Of a stretch of 64,000 bases of DNA, positions 34,252 through 51,395 are shown piece after piece (position 1 is the first letter of the stretch; the number at the start of each line of letters is the position of its first letter). Under the pieces are notes generated by a model that did no database searches, was not told where the DNA came from, and worked only from the letters and a program-made list of their open reading frames with translations. The translations under genes and the position numbers were made by a program. This DNA comes from the human T2T-CHM13v2.0 reference genome, Homo sapiens. The DNA lies in NCBI GenBank assembly GCA_009914755.4, contig CP068257.2:14880001-14944000 (forward strand). The letters are read 5' to 3'.

Positions 34252-37200
34252 ACTATGGCTGAGATATTTTACCACAGTGAAAGAAATCTAACCATTCTCC
34301 CCGTAAGTTCTAGCAAAGTTCCTAGAGCAGCCTTGGGCTATAGGACCACTGAATTCCCATGCTAAAGTCCCCCCCCACACCACCCCCCATGGAGTCCTGA
34401 AGTTAAACAGCTGGCTAGTTCAAATTGTGGTTTAGGGCTGCAAGGTCTGTGTTTAGTAATTAGCACTTGAACCTAGCAATAACCTTCAATGAGTCTCTCA
34501 TTTTCCTGCTCTGGGGAGAGAAAAAATCAACAAATACAGACTAAGTGTGCTCTAGTGTCAGATGGTCAGAGTCTGGATCACTTGTTGGATGTATGGAACT
34601 AAACAAGTTCTTTCATTTCTTTGTACTTCAGATGCCTCATCTGCAAAGCAGTGTCAATCTCAAAGTTTCTTGGAAAGGGTAAATGAAATTATAAATGTAA
34701 TAGCACGGGGCCTGACTCATAGGAGTGCTCCGTAAATATTAGCTCCTAATCATTATTATTATTCAGTACTTGGCAAAAATCAAGTTACAGTTTCATCTAA
34801 TCTGAGTTGATCACATGCATATTTTTCTTTATTTAAAAAAAATTTCTTTACAAACATGAAATAAATGGGGTGGAATTTACTTTCTTCATTTATAACTAGA
34901 TGATTTCAATTAATTTGATTTTCAGCAAAAGCATCTTTATCAGTTTTGACCATGTTGGAAACTGAACACAGCCCATCTGGCATTATTGGCACCACATTGG
35001 AAATGTATATAATCTTATGGTGAAAGTACAATTACAAGTGTAATTCTGTCTTGACGTTTGCTTGAAATTCATCTCTTTTGGGTTATATGTTAATAATGAG
35101 GGCGGAAATTTGCTGTGAGCATTTACATTTGATCTAGACACAGGCTAATATTGTTTGCCTGCAATATATTTAACATTCCAAAACTGCTTTCTGATTTATC
35201 TTATGTATCTTAAAACTTACAGCTATTAATTCTTCTCATTTTTCCACTAAAGCTAGCATACCACAAAGCAAAATATGAATATATTCTATAAGTTGTAGAA
35301 TTTCTTAAGATTTATCTCTACCATTGGATGAGGCATCATAGGCCCTTTTCCTCAAGGAAGTGGAAAATATTCTGTGCCAGTAGTTGTCAGTAAAAGAGGA
35401 TATCTGTCCCTAAAGTTTATTTCATATGAATATTAATATTCCTTATATGGCCATCATTTTCAGTGTTTCATTTTCCAAATGCACTTTCTAAAAACATGTT
35501 AAATTATGGTCCATTACTAACCACTAATGGATGATTTTATGACTGAATTCTGCACCAAAAATGATTATTTGCTGTGTGAGGACAGATTTGCAAAACAAGA
35601 TGTGGTAGCATTTAAACGGCCACTTATTTTTAGTAGAAGACTGCCCTGACTGTGGCCTAAAACTTAGATTTCCATTTCATGGCATCATTATCTTCAGACC
35701 CAGATGGGCGTCTCTTGCACTTAAGGAGCATGAGGAAAACCAATTTGATTAAAATAAGCTGTTTCGTATCATTAGGAAATTTGGAGATGGAAAAATAAAG
35801 ATTTGTGTAATAAATGTATGATCTGAAGCCACGTTCATCCTCCAAGGTAATTAGCAATTCTGTATTTGCAGGAACCAGGAAGGCAACAGATTTTTCTTCA
35901 GGATGCTCTTTTTGTGGAAAATTGTGGGTATAATACTTGATGGGTCAAACTGAACAAAGTGAACTATTTGATTTATGGTGTGAATATTATGAGAATTATT
36001 CTGTAGTTCATTTCTTCCCATCAATTCATGAAATCAATCTTTTAAGCTTATTTTGCAATCAAAATTCCTAAAAAAAAAACCTAAGGATCTTATCTTATAA
36101 TAACATCACAATTCTTTCTATATTATTTTCATTCAATATACTGCATATCTAGATCCATTAAAGTAATTTTAAAAATTTCTTCTATTGATATGGCTACAGT
36201 CTATTTCAAATATTGGCACCTGAAGATAATTGTGAAGTCAGCAATGATTCAGCAAAACAGAATTTAAATAGTGCTGAAAGCATAAATAGTACCCAAGGAG
36301 ATGTGGGTCTTTTCTAAAAAAATTTAAGATCTAGGATTTACCCATACTTAAATAAACTTTAAGTATTTATTTTTTAACTAATCTCCACTCAAAGCTCCTT
36401 CAAACGCTGTTTCCATGTTGTTTACAGTGTAAATGAATAGGATAATGAAAATAACTATTAAATAAAATAGAGGTTAAGTGACCTGCCTGCAGCCACAGAG
36501 TTAGTTCATGGCTATGCCAAGAATCAAACTTAGATTTTCTGGTTTGCCCATGTTCTTTTAACTGCTTTTTTTGATGAAGTCAAGGCTTTGAGATAACTGA
36601 CCTCAATACATAGTTCAGTATCTCCGTTTGTCAGCACAAAATACACTTCATGCTATTGTGGTGTTTAGATAAAATATACAAAATATAAATGCTAATGAGA
36701 TGCCCAATATGTGATGATGAATCGCAAAAAGCAATATAATGTGACAAATATTTATTAAATAGCTAATTCTGTCAATATAAATATTTCTGAGGAGAGTATT
36801 CTTTTCACCTTCAGAAAGCCGTATAATACCAACAATTTATGAGGGGTGAAACCAATCAATGGTAAAATACTTTCGGATTTTTAAAAACTAATTTAGTAAT
36901 TGGCAATATATTCAGGAACATTATTAAGTTGGTTTTTTTGCATCACAAAGATTGAATTCTGCTATTTCTGTTGATAGAACATGTACTAAATGATAACACT
37001 GATTAATAAGGGTAAGTTAGGTAATTTTTAGAAGTGCGGTTCCAGGAAGAAAACTTCCTAAATGATGGAAGAAAAAAATAAGTTAACTTAGATATTTTTC
37101 TGTACAATTTAGAAACAGACGAACCACAGATTACAAAGCATGACTTCATGATCTCTGGAACAAGGCTATGACATGAGGAATTTAAGAAGCTCCCCTTACA

Positions 37201-37599
37201 TACATTGTATCAGACTCTTGCCCCTCCCTCCAGGACCTTGTGCTGCCTGTTCCATTGCCTGAAATATTTATGTGACCCAAAGAAGACTGGGTCTTAGATG
37301 TTAGATTCTCCAAGAATCCTCCCCAGACTCCCGGTGTCTGTGGGAAGGATGGTCCAGTGCGCCCCTTAGAGTCTGTACTTTGTCAGCCTTTGTCACAATA
37401 TAATCAGCACATCGAATGCTGTGGGCTGTTTACCTGGCGTCATTTCGCTGGAGAGACAACTTCCCAAGAACAGGAACTGAGTGTCCAGTGGTCTAGCTGT
37501 GTTTCACCCATAGTAAGTGATCAACTCTGATTGAATGAAGGGATACTCAAGTTAACTAGTCCCTGTGCAAGTCCCTATAGCGTAGAGTCACAGGCTCTC

Positions 37600-37800
37600 T
37601 TTTGAAGCTCTTTACTACACTTTATTTCACTCAGATGACAGGCAAGGAAACTGAGACTCAGGCAGGCTAAGAGATCACACACCATAAATGGCAGAGTGAG
37701 GAAATCAAGCCCATTCTCTTTCCTTGCTTATTCTTTCATTCAACACATTTATGCTGAGCATCCTCTATGTGTCAGACATTATGTCAAAGCTGAGAATCCA
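37600..37800 (-). mobile_element. MIR-like ancient SINE fragment (tentative)
   Basis: 'aggaaactgagactcaggcaggctaagagatcacacaccataaatggcagagtgagg' resembles the reverse complement of the MIR core ('ggaaactgaggcacagagaggttaagtaacttgcccaaggtcacacagct'). The adjacent 'ttcattcaacacatttatgctgagcatcctctatgtgtcagacattatg' is a common ancient-repeat motif. The match is only to a remembered consensus. Confidence 0.4.
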
Positions 37801-38766
37801 AAGATAAATAGGTTAAGATTTCCTGAAGCTCCCTGCCTAGTCAGAGATAGACTATAAACAGTAATTATAATTCAATATGATAAGGGCTTTGACAGAACCA
37901 TGTACTCTGTGCTGTAGAATTTCTAAAGAAGGAATCAGTGTCTGTGCATATTAAATCGCTCCATTTTATTTTAATATTCTTTTAATACTCTTTTATGTCT
38001 GACTTTAGTATATAACTACCCTCATTTAGAAGAAGGTAGGCAAAGGCCTATTCAATTTAATGAAAGTTTAAATATTGCAATGTTATTTCTAAACTAATTA
38101 GTTTTCATGATTGTTCATATTGTACATTAATTTGAATATCAAACAGAAGTCTAATAGTTTTAAGTGGATTGCTTAGAAAAATTAGTATTGTCATTTATAT
38201 AACTTGGAATCCAAAGAAGATTCTCTGAAGAGAATGATCATAAGCACATTACCAGAGTAGATGAGTGAAGAACTGGGGTAGGAGTACACTATGGCATGGA
38301 GATGGCTTAGGGTGAATCAGGAACTAGCAACACCCTTCGATAAAGCAGCTGTGTGCCTGAGTTTTGATCAGAAGTTCATCTGCTGTTGTTAAAGATCTTT
38401 TAAAGAATAACTGGATGAATAGTTATTTTACTTCTCATAGTTGCCTGGATTAATAGATTTATTTTACTTCTCATAGTTTTTAAATTATTCTTCAGACAAA
38501 AGAAAATAGCCATGGCAGATTATGGCATTTAATAATGGTAATTCAAAATATTTTATCAAATGAATTTAAAAAAAAGTAAATGTCAATAGGCAACATCAGT
38601 TTATTTCCATTTCTTAATAATCACCAAGCTATTCAAACCGAGAGCAATGAGAAGCTCATAAAAAACAAGCCATGAACCTACCAGGAAATTCGAGGGAGGG
38701 GATCTCCCTTTATCAATCTGTGTATCTCCAGTGCTAAGCACGATGGCTTATCTCATATGTGGTTGA

Positions 38767-39097
<331 letters not shown>

Positions 39098-39532
39098 TAA
39101 AACTTCGTTCTTTAAAAATAAGTAAACAAACCAAAAATTGAATAGACATAAACCAAATAAGGATAAAAGAAAACTCTGCTTTAAAAGCCTAATTCCAAAA
39201 ACCTATGAGCTGCAAGTCATCAGTGATTAAAAGCTAGGAGGCACACTGGATGTTTAAAAGTAGTACCTGTGCCCTTCTAAAGCAGCCAAACCAGTGAAAA
39301 TGGGTAGAAGCCAATAAGGGGGCATTCACCCCTTTCAAGCATCTAAGGAATGCACATTCAACACATTCCAAGCACACCTCCCCCGCTGCAGGCTGCTCAG
39401 GCCAGTGGCCTTCCACCTCTAGCCACATTGCACAAAAATTAATAGGAAAACAAAAGAGATGCCTTTCTGGATTTGTCACATTGCTTCACACTGGTGCCCC
39501 TTTCTCTTGTAATCAGGATAAAGAAAGTCTCT

Positions 39533-39838
<306 letters not shown>

Positions 39839-40948
39839 ACATTGCAGCCCCATTGTGAAAAGCAGGAATGTGTGAACCCAAAAGTTCTGACAAAGGAAGT
39901 GGACGGGGCAGCAGGCATAGATGAGGTAGCCCGTGTAGAAAAACTCCAGAATTTGCTAGGTATTTTTTTTCTTCTGGTCACTATTTAGAATTCTTTGCTT
40001 AAACTCCCACTTCCAACTTATTGTATATATATTGTCAGCTCAAGAATGGAGAAGAAGGTGTTTAACTCTAGATTAGACTACCCAACCTGTGGTTTAGTAG
40101 GGTAAATAGAGTTCATAAACAAAAAGCCCTGTCCTTACCAGTGTTCATCAACCACCTGCTTGCTGTGTCGAAATCAAGCCAGTCAGGAAACTCATCCCAC
40201 CCTTGATAACCAGAAGCAGTAATTCAGCAAAGTGGACTAATTGTACTATGTCACTCGTTTTTACTATACAGATATCTGTGGATATCTCTCCAGAACTTCA
40301 TGTATATGTAAGTGACTTGCTCCCAATTCTTTCACATTTTATCAATATCAGCTGTGTTTTGCTTAAAAAATGAGCCTTACCTAACTAAAATTTCTACTGT
40401 AATAAAGCAAGTTAATTGTAGTGAAATCTAATTATCTGTTTACTATGATTTCATTATAAATCTTGTGGGTTTTTTTTTCTTACATTGTCCTTATGTATTA
40501 GCACCTGTGGTAAGATATATTGATCACAGTTTCATCAGATAGGCATACTGCTTCAATATTGTTTGAAAAAAATCTTTATCTTTCAGCTTCATATTCTAGG
40601 AGGAACCAAATGTAACATTTACTTTTCATTTTGATTGCATATTAACTTGAGGTCATAATCTTGCTTTAACAATCCATCTCTTCTAATTATAGATATAGGA
40701 GGTATGGAAGTATGTGTTTGCCACAGAACAAACCCTGGATATATTTCCATCTTGCTTATAAAACTTGTCTTTATGTAAATGTTTAAATAAGATATTTTAG
40801 GATAAATGGTTTTTATCATTGCCTATTATGTCATTTTCTATTAAAAGTGAATTTTATACTTAATTGACTCTGATTCTTAAGGCATTAAATTCTAGTCCAT
40901 TCTTCTTATGAGATAGGGTTAGTAAAATAAGTTAGTTTTATGGGATCA

Positions 40949-41093
<145 letters not shown>

Positions 41094-44000
41094 TCAAGTA
41101 AAAATATCTAGAAATATACTTTCCCCAAAATGTGTATATTTCCTTATGCCATTCTGCCAATTAAAAATTGTCAGTTCCTGGATGTTACTTGGATGGTGTT
41201 TTCCTAATACTAAAGCTACTTATTCTAGGCATTTGTGAGTTTTATCATTCTCAGGAAGAATAAATTAACTCAAGTGTCTTGCCTTTACTAATAATCTATA
41301 GAAGATATAATACATTACAAAACGAGATCTTCAAAGGCAATTTATCTATGTCTGTGGGTCAGCGGAGAGACATCAAGAGTTAGGAGGGAGTGTACCTGTA
41401 ACATTCTGAATAAGATTTTGATGTTAAAACCAATGTGGCTTGTTAGTCCGATATGTCCCCTCTATGCCACTAAAGATGGTGCCTACTCCTTACCACTCAT
41501 ACTTGCCATATTCTTTACCCATTTTTACTTGACTTTGTACCCCAAAGTTCCTCTTGTGGGCTATGTGTGGAATGTGATGGCTTTTAAAAACATAAATTGG
41601 GGAACAAGTGTGAAAATAAATATATGGACAACATTTTAAATATTCTAAATATTATAATTTAAACATCAAAAGAGTTATTGTATATGTTCAAGATTGAAAG
41701 TTAAAAAGTGAATATAAAATTCTAAATAATAATAACTATTTCAACATGAACCTAAAACTGTGCCTGTTGAACAGTGCATAGAATATTAAATAGAATTAGT
41801 AAAGAGTTACTTGAGTAGTGAATTACATCCTGCATTGTCAGCCTATGATATCTATGTCCATATATTTTGTAGCCTAGATTCATAAAATGTATATTTTTTA
41901 AAATCTTAACACTTTTCATCAAATGGAATGATTTGTTTTTAATTTGATTATGGATCAATTTTTAATTTGATTCTAGAGCCTACTTAATCATTGCTTTAGG
42001 TTCTTAAATTTCTTTTATAGAACATAGGTGAGCAGATTTTTAGGGTTTCCTTTTAGATGGTTCTGAGGTTTCTGTCCATGTTCAATACTATGAGTTTATA
42101 ACTTTACAATATTCTTTTGTCACTTGCCTAAAAGCAGGTTTGTTATTTTTCTTTTTCTCAAGGAAAGCTTTAGAGAGAGAATCTAGATCTTTTAAATTTG
42201 AAAGGCATTCATGATACCCAGTTACTTCCTCTAATGATTGACTACTGTTGTGAAACCTAATGTTAATATTTAAGAAGTGGAAAATTATGGATTGTATTGT
42301 AAAATAGTCAATTAAAAGAAAAGTATTTTTGTGTGTGGGAATCTAGCAACTTTCATCCCATAATCCTTAAATCAAGTTTAATGTATACTAAAAATATCAA
42401 GTTTTACTTTGAACTATTAAGATTAATACAAGACTCCCATGTTTTTTCAGATTTTCCCAATCTTCAATGTTCTAAGGGATTTACTCTGAGACTACTTAAA
42501 CCTTAACATTTTTGATGTTCTCATTTACTCACTGGCTGTTAAAATCTCAAACCTTGTGCATCAATACTAGGAGCTCTTACTTAAAATGATTAATTGTAAT
42601 GTTTTCAACAGTGAGCACTAATGTTTTTCCTTGGGGGAAAAAAAATCTTCCTTATATGTTTATGTGGTTCTCTTGCCTCTGTAGTTGACTTAGATTAATT
42701 TCTTTGCTAATTTTCTTGTTCAGTTGGATAAAAGAAAGCTTCGGGCTTTGTATTTCTTGAAAACCAAGAAAAGTAAGTATTACACATAAGAAAATATCCA
42801 ATTTTACCACTTCTTCCCTTGGGCAGTTGACCCGTGTGCACATGTGCATGCATAGCAATCTTTTGCAATGAACTCAGTTTATATATGAGATCTGTTTTTC
42901 AGTATTGTAGAAAGATATCTAATCTATTTGAAAATACATTGTCAGCACCTAGTGTTCCAAAACATAGATTGAATTTAGTGTGGGAATACCGCATAGTATT
43001 GGAAGAAAAGTAATTAAAATCATTTAGAAATTGTTTTGAAGAATGCATTGCTGCAAGGTGTCATAGCCATATAAACATGACACCACCATCTTATGGAATG
43101 TACAGAAAAGGGGTGTCTCTTGTGCCAAATAAACATTCTTTAATTAACGCTTCACAATATGTAGTGTGAACTTTCCTAGTCTGTGTTTATCCCTCCTGGG
43201 GCTGCTACTTTTAATGCCTCAAAAACTGTTGCCTGTATATATTCTCTTTCTGCTGGATCTTGGGATGAAGAATTGATTACAGGTGCATTTTCTCCTTGAA
43301 TCTGTCTAATAAGCTGAACTAAAACTACACTAATACAAGAAAGCAACAAGAAAGGTCTTCTTATGATGAATTAGTTGTGCTTATATACATATAAGAGTTA
43401 GTGAGGGCCACAAGAATAAACTGGCACAATAAACTATTTGTATTTGAACACTACTATTTGTATTTTAATATAATAATTACTTTGAATTCCATAATTAATA
43501 TACCTATACGTGAAACGTTTTCCGCTCAGCAAAGTCATAGACTTTGGGGGGAAAATGTTATTTTATTTTATTGTGAGGGTTTGAATAGGCATTTTGCTAT
43601 TCATTATCTATTTGCAGGGAAATGACAAGTTTTCAAAATGAAACAGTCTTTGTTACCTGTCTCTTTTGAAAGACTTACTCTCATGTTGTTTATTTAATTG
43701 TTTTGTTGGCATTAATCTTGCTTTTTTTTAAATAATGCATATTCCTTTTAATTATGTCTACTTATTTAAATAAAACTTTTAAATTGTGAATAGCTATGAA
43801 TCACCATATCCATATAACTAGAATATGAAAATCTTAAAAAATTAATGTGCTGATAATTATAATATTCCTGTTTCTTGCATTTGTTTTACATTAATACACA
43901 TTCTGAAAAAGAGGAAATGCTTATCTTGGGAGTGGCTTAAGTTGTTTTGGGCACTTTTTCTCAGTGATAGTCATATATTTTGGAGCAGCCAAAATTCATA

Positions 44001-47000
44001 TCTCTTTGCCAGTGTACAGACCCAAAATGTCAAGTTATTATGCACTAGTAGAAGGACATATTTTCTTCACACTTTATTAATTAATCTATTTCGTGAATTT
44101 TTCTTTTCAAATGTCTATCACTGTAATTATCTTTGCTTATACCAAATTCAGTTTCACTGGATTACTTAGAATGCTGATATTCAAATAGTTTTTTGAAGCT
44201 CAGATTTCAGGCTTTGTTCAGTTCTACTTACAGTATTTATTACGATTAATCATTATTCCACCTGCCTCTGAGCACCTTTTACCTAGTAGTAGCAGAGGTG
44301 AGTCCAGTCTCGTGCAGGAAGAACAAGGATGTGTTTGGCAGGTAAGCTGATTAGTGAGTCTACATCAAGTGATTGAGTCAACAGTTCATACCAACATAGC
44401 TAGAGCAATGCTTTTTGAACTATGGGCAGCTGTCCTTCCTCTTGATGCATGCCTCTTTAATCATTTCCAGCATTTTCTTTTCCATTTGTTATTTTCACCA
44501 GGGAAGAGAGAGCCTTATAATATTAGTCTGTTATGTTAGCTTTCCATAGATGTACACATTATTTAAATCATATGTAAATTAGATCCATCCTTCAATAAAA
44601 ATTTTAAAACTAGTAAATCATCTCCTAATAATTTTTCAAAATTTAAATTACTGTTAATTTCAGATAAGGCTAATAGGCAATGGTTTTCTTGTTCTACAAT
44701 ACTCTTAACCTAGAACTAAGCCATGTTCTCTAATAACCAGATCTCAAGGTATATGAATTTTCTTTCATTATTGGAAACATGGTTAGAGTGACCTAAAGCT
44801 CCAACTTATTATTACATACATGGAACCCAATCTAGCTAGTTCTTTCTTATTTAAATTATCTTTCCTTAGAGCCCTTTCATTGTTCCTCTTGGGGAGGACT
44901 TAAAGGTTTTCTTGGTTCTAGTCACAATCAGAAAATATATAATGAATTTTTTACATATAAGGTGAAAGAAGTAGAGGTACATTATTGCTTGAAAACAAGG
45001 TGTAGCACATTTTTAAAAATTACTATGTTAAATAGAATCAGCATATGTAAACAGAACACCAGCTAAACTACCCCCACCTAAACTTTAAATGAAGACAACT
45101 GAGTAAAATGAGTAAGATGTTTTCTGACGTAATCACTGAAGTCTCAAAGGAAAACAGGACAGTCACAAAATTACCAGGTCTGATGAGTTAACTACTTAAA
45201 AGTGTGATTAAAAGCCAATGGAAATGATAGGAATGGCAGCAAAAAAGCATCCTGAATGTAGAAATAGAGGTACATTCAACTGGCCAACTGGAGTAGGATT
45301 TCTGTTATCCAAGGCTGCGTTAAGTGATTAAGAATGCACACTAGAAGGCATGGTTTTCACATTATCTCAACACATCTGCTCAGTGGATGAGTAGTGGATG
45401 ATATGGAGGTTGTCTGGTAATCTTAAATGGAAGAGGATATAAGCCATGAAACAGGAGAGTGAGGAATGTGATAGAAATATGTTTGAACCTCACATGTTGT
45501 TAAGTTCTGAAGCCCTTAGGAATTTCATCTTTTAAAATTATTATTATGTTCCATTGTTATTTCTCCTCAAGAATAGACTGTGACTTTTCTTTCTTATCTT
45601 CATATTTTTAAAAATAGTCTCTAACACGTTTTGTACAAAATCTCTAAGGAAATTTTAGGGTTTCTTTAAATTCTTAACTCAGTATTTTTCAAGGCAAACC
45701 ATTCCGAATAAAGGAACACAACATTTCTGACATATTTGAAGTATGTAAAAACTCTAAATTACGTGGATCCTAATGAATCATAGTTGCAGTTTAGGTAGCT
45801 ATCCTAAAAATTAGGAAGGTCAAATACTACCTCTTTGTTTGGAAATTCCACCTCCGTGATTTGTTCATGATAGCCTTTTTGTGAGAAGGGTTTTGACTGT
45901 AAAGAATGAATGAATGAGTAAGCAGTTTTTATTAAACAAGCTCAACTTTGTTCTGTTGCTGCTGTCTCTTTGTTGTTGTAATGTATGCTTCTAATTCACG
46001 CAATACCAACATGTTTTCCCTCTCTTCAAGAAACAAGCTTTACTAAAATACTTTCACTTCTAAACAACGTGATACATATATTTGAAATTTTCTTTGAGTT
46101 AATAGAGGCCTACTTTAGAGTGTTGTCTAGAATATTGATAAAAATCTTTTTAAGTATCCTCAAAGCTGCCTGAACAGGGGATGAAGGGTAGTCAGAAATA
46201 GAAATATGCCTTCTATTTTCTCATACTATTTATTGAGTATTTTCTAAATAATAAAGGGGGAAAGAAGATATAAATATTATCCAAAAGAAATACGAAGGAG
46301 AAATGCTTGACGTGATGGATACCCTGTTTACCCTGATGTGATTACACAGTGCATGCCTATGTCAAAATATTTCCTGTAATCCATAAATATATATACCTAC
46401 TATGTACCCATAAAAATTAAAAACTAAACAAATTTTTCCAAGGTATATGGGCGTATACTTTCACTTTACAGTTGTAGAAGTTGGATGCCTGAGGTTTGGA
46501 TAAATTACTGCTTTCACAAGTCAGATTCCTTTAAAACTGGTTGGGGATTTTGAGAATGCATCCAATGTATCTGCTCCTGCTCTAGTGAAGAAGTCCTCGG
46601 CTGCTGCTACTCAGGACAAAATCATCATGGTGCATGGAAGAAACCAGTAAAAGGACCCGTAAATATTAGATTTTTCTGACTTGTTCACTTGCCTCTTCCT
46701 CCTTCCCATAAGTGTACTCTTTTTTTTAGGGTCTATGTGCAAGCAGTTTTTTTTAAATATAATCATAAAAGTTGCTTTTTCAAAGGAGTCTAAAATGCAT
46801 TTCATATTTGTCATTGTTTTCTTTAAATCTAGAACTCTTTTGGAAGGGATATGTAACTTGAGATGGCATTGTTATAGTTTGGAAACTGTATTCATCTGCT
46901 TCTTCAACTCAAAATAACAGTGCCTTCAGATCCTGAAAACTTAACTACTTGTCTTTATTTATTTTTACCCCACTACAGCTTATGTACCGTAATCAATAGG

Positions 47001-47942
47001 AGTTCAGACTTTATCCTCGTTTTTGCTGCATTTCACATCTTCAAAAATCAACAACTCTGTCAAAGAATTCCAGACACATAAAGCCAAGTTTAAGAAATAG
47101 TCATGAATTGGGATTTTTTTTTCTCCATTTAACAAAATTTACTTTAAAAATAGCAGGGAAAATAACTCCAAATCAATCTGTTACAAGGAAATGTTATTTT
47201 ATGTTTGTATGGCGCTTTTTGTTTTCAATGGTTTTAAAGTTGCAAAATTGATGTTCCATTCCACGGTGGTAGTGTAATGCATTTTCAAAGGAAGAAACCG
47301 AAGCCTTGAGGTGTTAAGTATCCTGTCTGTAGTTGCACAATGAACATGGCAGAGAGAAAATTAGAACTCAGTTTCTAAGTTTTGTTTTCTTTCATCTGTC
47401 TCTCTTTCACATATTAAATTCTCAAATTAGAAGTGTGATGTGCTTTCAAATTTAATTTAGACCCCTAAAAAATACTTTTTCTGTGATACATTTATGCTTA
47501 CTTTTCTATAGTCTAAGTGATTATTTTCAAAAAGTTTAAAAAAGTAGTTAGAAATATGAATGACCCAGGAATGCAAAAAGAAGCCTCCAGACTGATAGAT
47601 TTTATTCTGGTAAAACTAAAACGCTCCTGGAAGTTTTGTTATAAATTTTTTTCCAAGAACTGACTTTATTCCTCTGGAAATGACATCATGATGTATCACT
47701 AAGTGGTCTACTTTGTCATGAAACTTGAGACTACCACATGGGATAGAATATTTAAGTTCCTGAACTTCTTAATGACTTAAGTTTTCTTGAACATTAAGGT
47801 ATTCAGTGACTACTCTCACAGGCTTACTAGATAATGAAAAGTCTAATCTTTAGCTGAATCTTCAGTCATATAATGTGTAGTCAGATAAGAAGTGAATAGA
47901 CAACACAATAGTTAAGTAATGAGCCAATGGAAAAATGAATGA

Positions 47943-48498
<556 letters not shown>

Positions 48499-50387
48499 AT
48501 GTTCCCAAATTTGAAGCCTTAGAGATTCTCAACATTTGCGAATTCGTTAAACAAATACATTCCTGAGATGAAATTTTTCACAGCTACTTAAAATATTGAT
48601 TAGTCCAATAGTAACATAAAAGAAAGAACATGAGCTTTGAGATCAGAAAAACCTATATTTGCGTCCTCTGTCACTTGCAAAATGTTCCAAATATAAAGAA
48701 ACTCCTGGAATCTGTGCGCACTGTTAGTTTCTTTGTAGAATCCTCTCTGACCTGACACAGACTACTTATCCTATGGTGTACTGAGATTTAACACTGTGCT
48801 TGCAGAGAGACCAATTTAATTTTGGGAGGTAATCTGACTGAAGACTTAAGAAAGGAATGAATGGAATCAGATAGGCCACAATCAAATTCTGGCCACTTAC
48901 TAGTGGTAACACATTGGGTACATTACTTCTTTGAAGCTCAGATTTCTTGTCAATAAATTGCTAACAATTAAATACTGTTTACCCAGTGGATGATAAAATG
49001 CCATTATATGTACTAGCACCGAGCTAGGTATGGATTTGGTATTAACTACATAGTAATTGTTAGCATTGTTGTTGTGTGTCTTATGCTAATCTAAAACTTT
49101 TACTCAAAAAGATTTTAGTCGGTCATTTATGCCCAAAGTATTACTTCTTAGTACACCAAACACCCTGTCTGACCAAACCCCCAATCCAACTGCCTGGCCA
49201 TTTTTCCTAGTAACATTCCTTGTATAAGCCAGCATTTTTGCAGTTCTAGTCATTTCCCCCAAACTGTGTGAATTCCCAGCCTGAGCCTTTCCTCCTGCTC
49301 AGCCCACAGACTATGTCTTTTCTCCCTCTTCTAGATTTTCCTGTTGAACAGTCCTTTTCCTTCAAGGTTTAACTCAAGTGGAGCTTCCTGCTGGAAGCCT
49401 TCTATAAAGCACTCAGTATTTACTGTCTTTTTCTCCTGTGCTTTTATAGCACTTTGCATTTGATAGAATGCTTCACACTTTCCATAGATCATAATTTCTA
49501 TATCTGACTCTCTACCATATATTAAACTTCTTGAAGACAGAAGCTATTTTTCCCTTCATTTTTGTAATTCTTTTAGCAACTTGGTAACTTGTGCTCAGTG
49601 GATATTTATAAAATATATGTCAAATTAAATTCAAGTGACTGAAAGCTCTAGAAATAACCTTGTGTAACCCTTCTTGACACAGATGTGCCATTTGAAGTGC
49701 CCATTTGAATATGATTTTTTAAATTTTTACATATTGAATTTTCACATACATAAAGTTGGTTCTAAAAGGCTAAAAGTACTGGTATACTTGACACAGAATC
49801 TCTCCCCCCTCACATTTCATTTTAATTTATTGCACAGATAGAAAACTAATGGGTACAATTATATGGATATAATCTTTCCATCTGGGCTAGTTCATGAACA
49901 AAGCATATTAGGTAATTTACAAGCTATATCCTGGCTTGCTTAAAACAGTATCTGTAACATTTTGGGAAATTTTACTAGTTCAAGAGAGGGAGAGATAAGT
50001 GAATTGATTTACATGGTCGATTTGGAAGACTTATGGATCCTCTGGAAAGAAAATAAACTCAAGAGTTTTCAAATATAATGTCTTACAATTCTCTCTTTAG
50101 AAAGGAAGAAATTGTAGTTCTTTAAAACTGATTAACTATGAGGATGGTAAGACTGGGGGAAAGGATAGGCCAAAACTTGGCCTGAACACGAGTGTCAGCT
50201 GATCTTGAAAGAGTTTCTAATTTTAGTGTAATTAAAATAAAAATTTTTAATAGCTTCACCTATTGCCACATAATATTAATTAGGCCTCCAAAGACAAGAA
50301 AAGCTCCTCTATGAACCACTTTTACGGGAATCTCTGTGCCCTCTTAGAGTTTCAAGTCTGCGACTTGAAAGATTTAAACTACAAAAT

Positions 50388-50498
50388 TCTGTGTGTATGT
50401 GTGTGTCTCTCTCTCTGTCTCTCTTTCTCTCTCTATGTGTGTGTGTCTGTCTCTCACACAGACACACACACAGACACAAACACACACACACACACACG
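50388..50498. repeat. Compound microsatellite (TG)n(TC)n...(CA)n
   Basis: 'gtgtgtatgtgtgtgtctctctctctgtctctctttctctctctatgtgtgtgtgtctgtctctcacacagacacacacacagacacaaacacacacacacacacacg'. Confidence 0.9.
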
Positions 50499-50748
50499 TA
50501 ATTTTCTCCCAAAAAATTTACACCCAAATTAATGGCGTGTTCCTTTTTGACAAAGACTTTGGCTAAACCCTCTTGTAAAACATTCTAAAATGGCTAGTGA
50601 TATCTACCTACTGACAAGGAGTCAGTGTAATCAATAACCCAATCAAACACTCAAAATGCTTAACTATAATCTTAGGATTTTTAAATATCCTGATCATTTT
50701 CACTTGGTACTTCATATTGAATGAATATCACCAAGATCCAACTTGATA

Positions 50749-51029
50749 GGCTGGGCGCAGTGGCTCACGCCTGTAAATCACAGCACTTTGGGAGGCCGAG
50801 GCGGGCAGATCACGGGAGGTCAGGACTTTGAGACAAGCCTGGCCAACATGGTGAAACCCTGCCTCTACTAAAAATACAAAAATTAGCTGGGCGTGGTGGC
50901 AGGCGCATGTAATCCCAGCTACTGGGAGGCTGAGGCAGGAAGTCACTTGAACCCGGTAGGCGGAGATCGCAGTAAGCCGAGTTCTAGCCACTGCATTTCA
51001 GTCTGGGCAACAGAGAGAGACTCCGTCTC

Positions 51030-51061
<32 letters not shown>

Positions 51062-51067
51062 AAACAA
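50749..51067 (+). mobile_element. Alu SINE with (CAAAA)n tail and clear TSD
   Basis: 'ggctgggcgcagtggctcacgcctgtaaatcacagcactttgggaggccgaggcgggcagatcac...' with a 14-bp TSD 'agatccaacttgat' at 50734-50747 and 51068-51081. Confidence 0.93.
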
Positions 51068-51119
51068 AGATCCAACTTGATTTAAAAAAAAAAAAAAAAG
51101 GTGGGGCTGGGGCTGGACT

Positions 51120-51395
<276 letters not shown>

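Noticed and set aside
50309-50532. Cys/His-rich ORFs on both strands suggesting a zinc-binding peptide
   Set aside because: They translate the (TG)(TC)(CA) compound microsatellite. The C/V/H periodicity is a repeat artefact.
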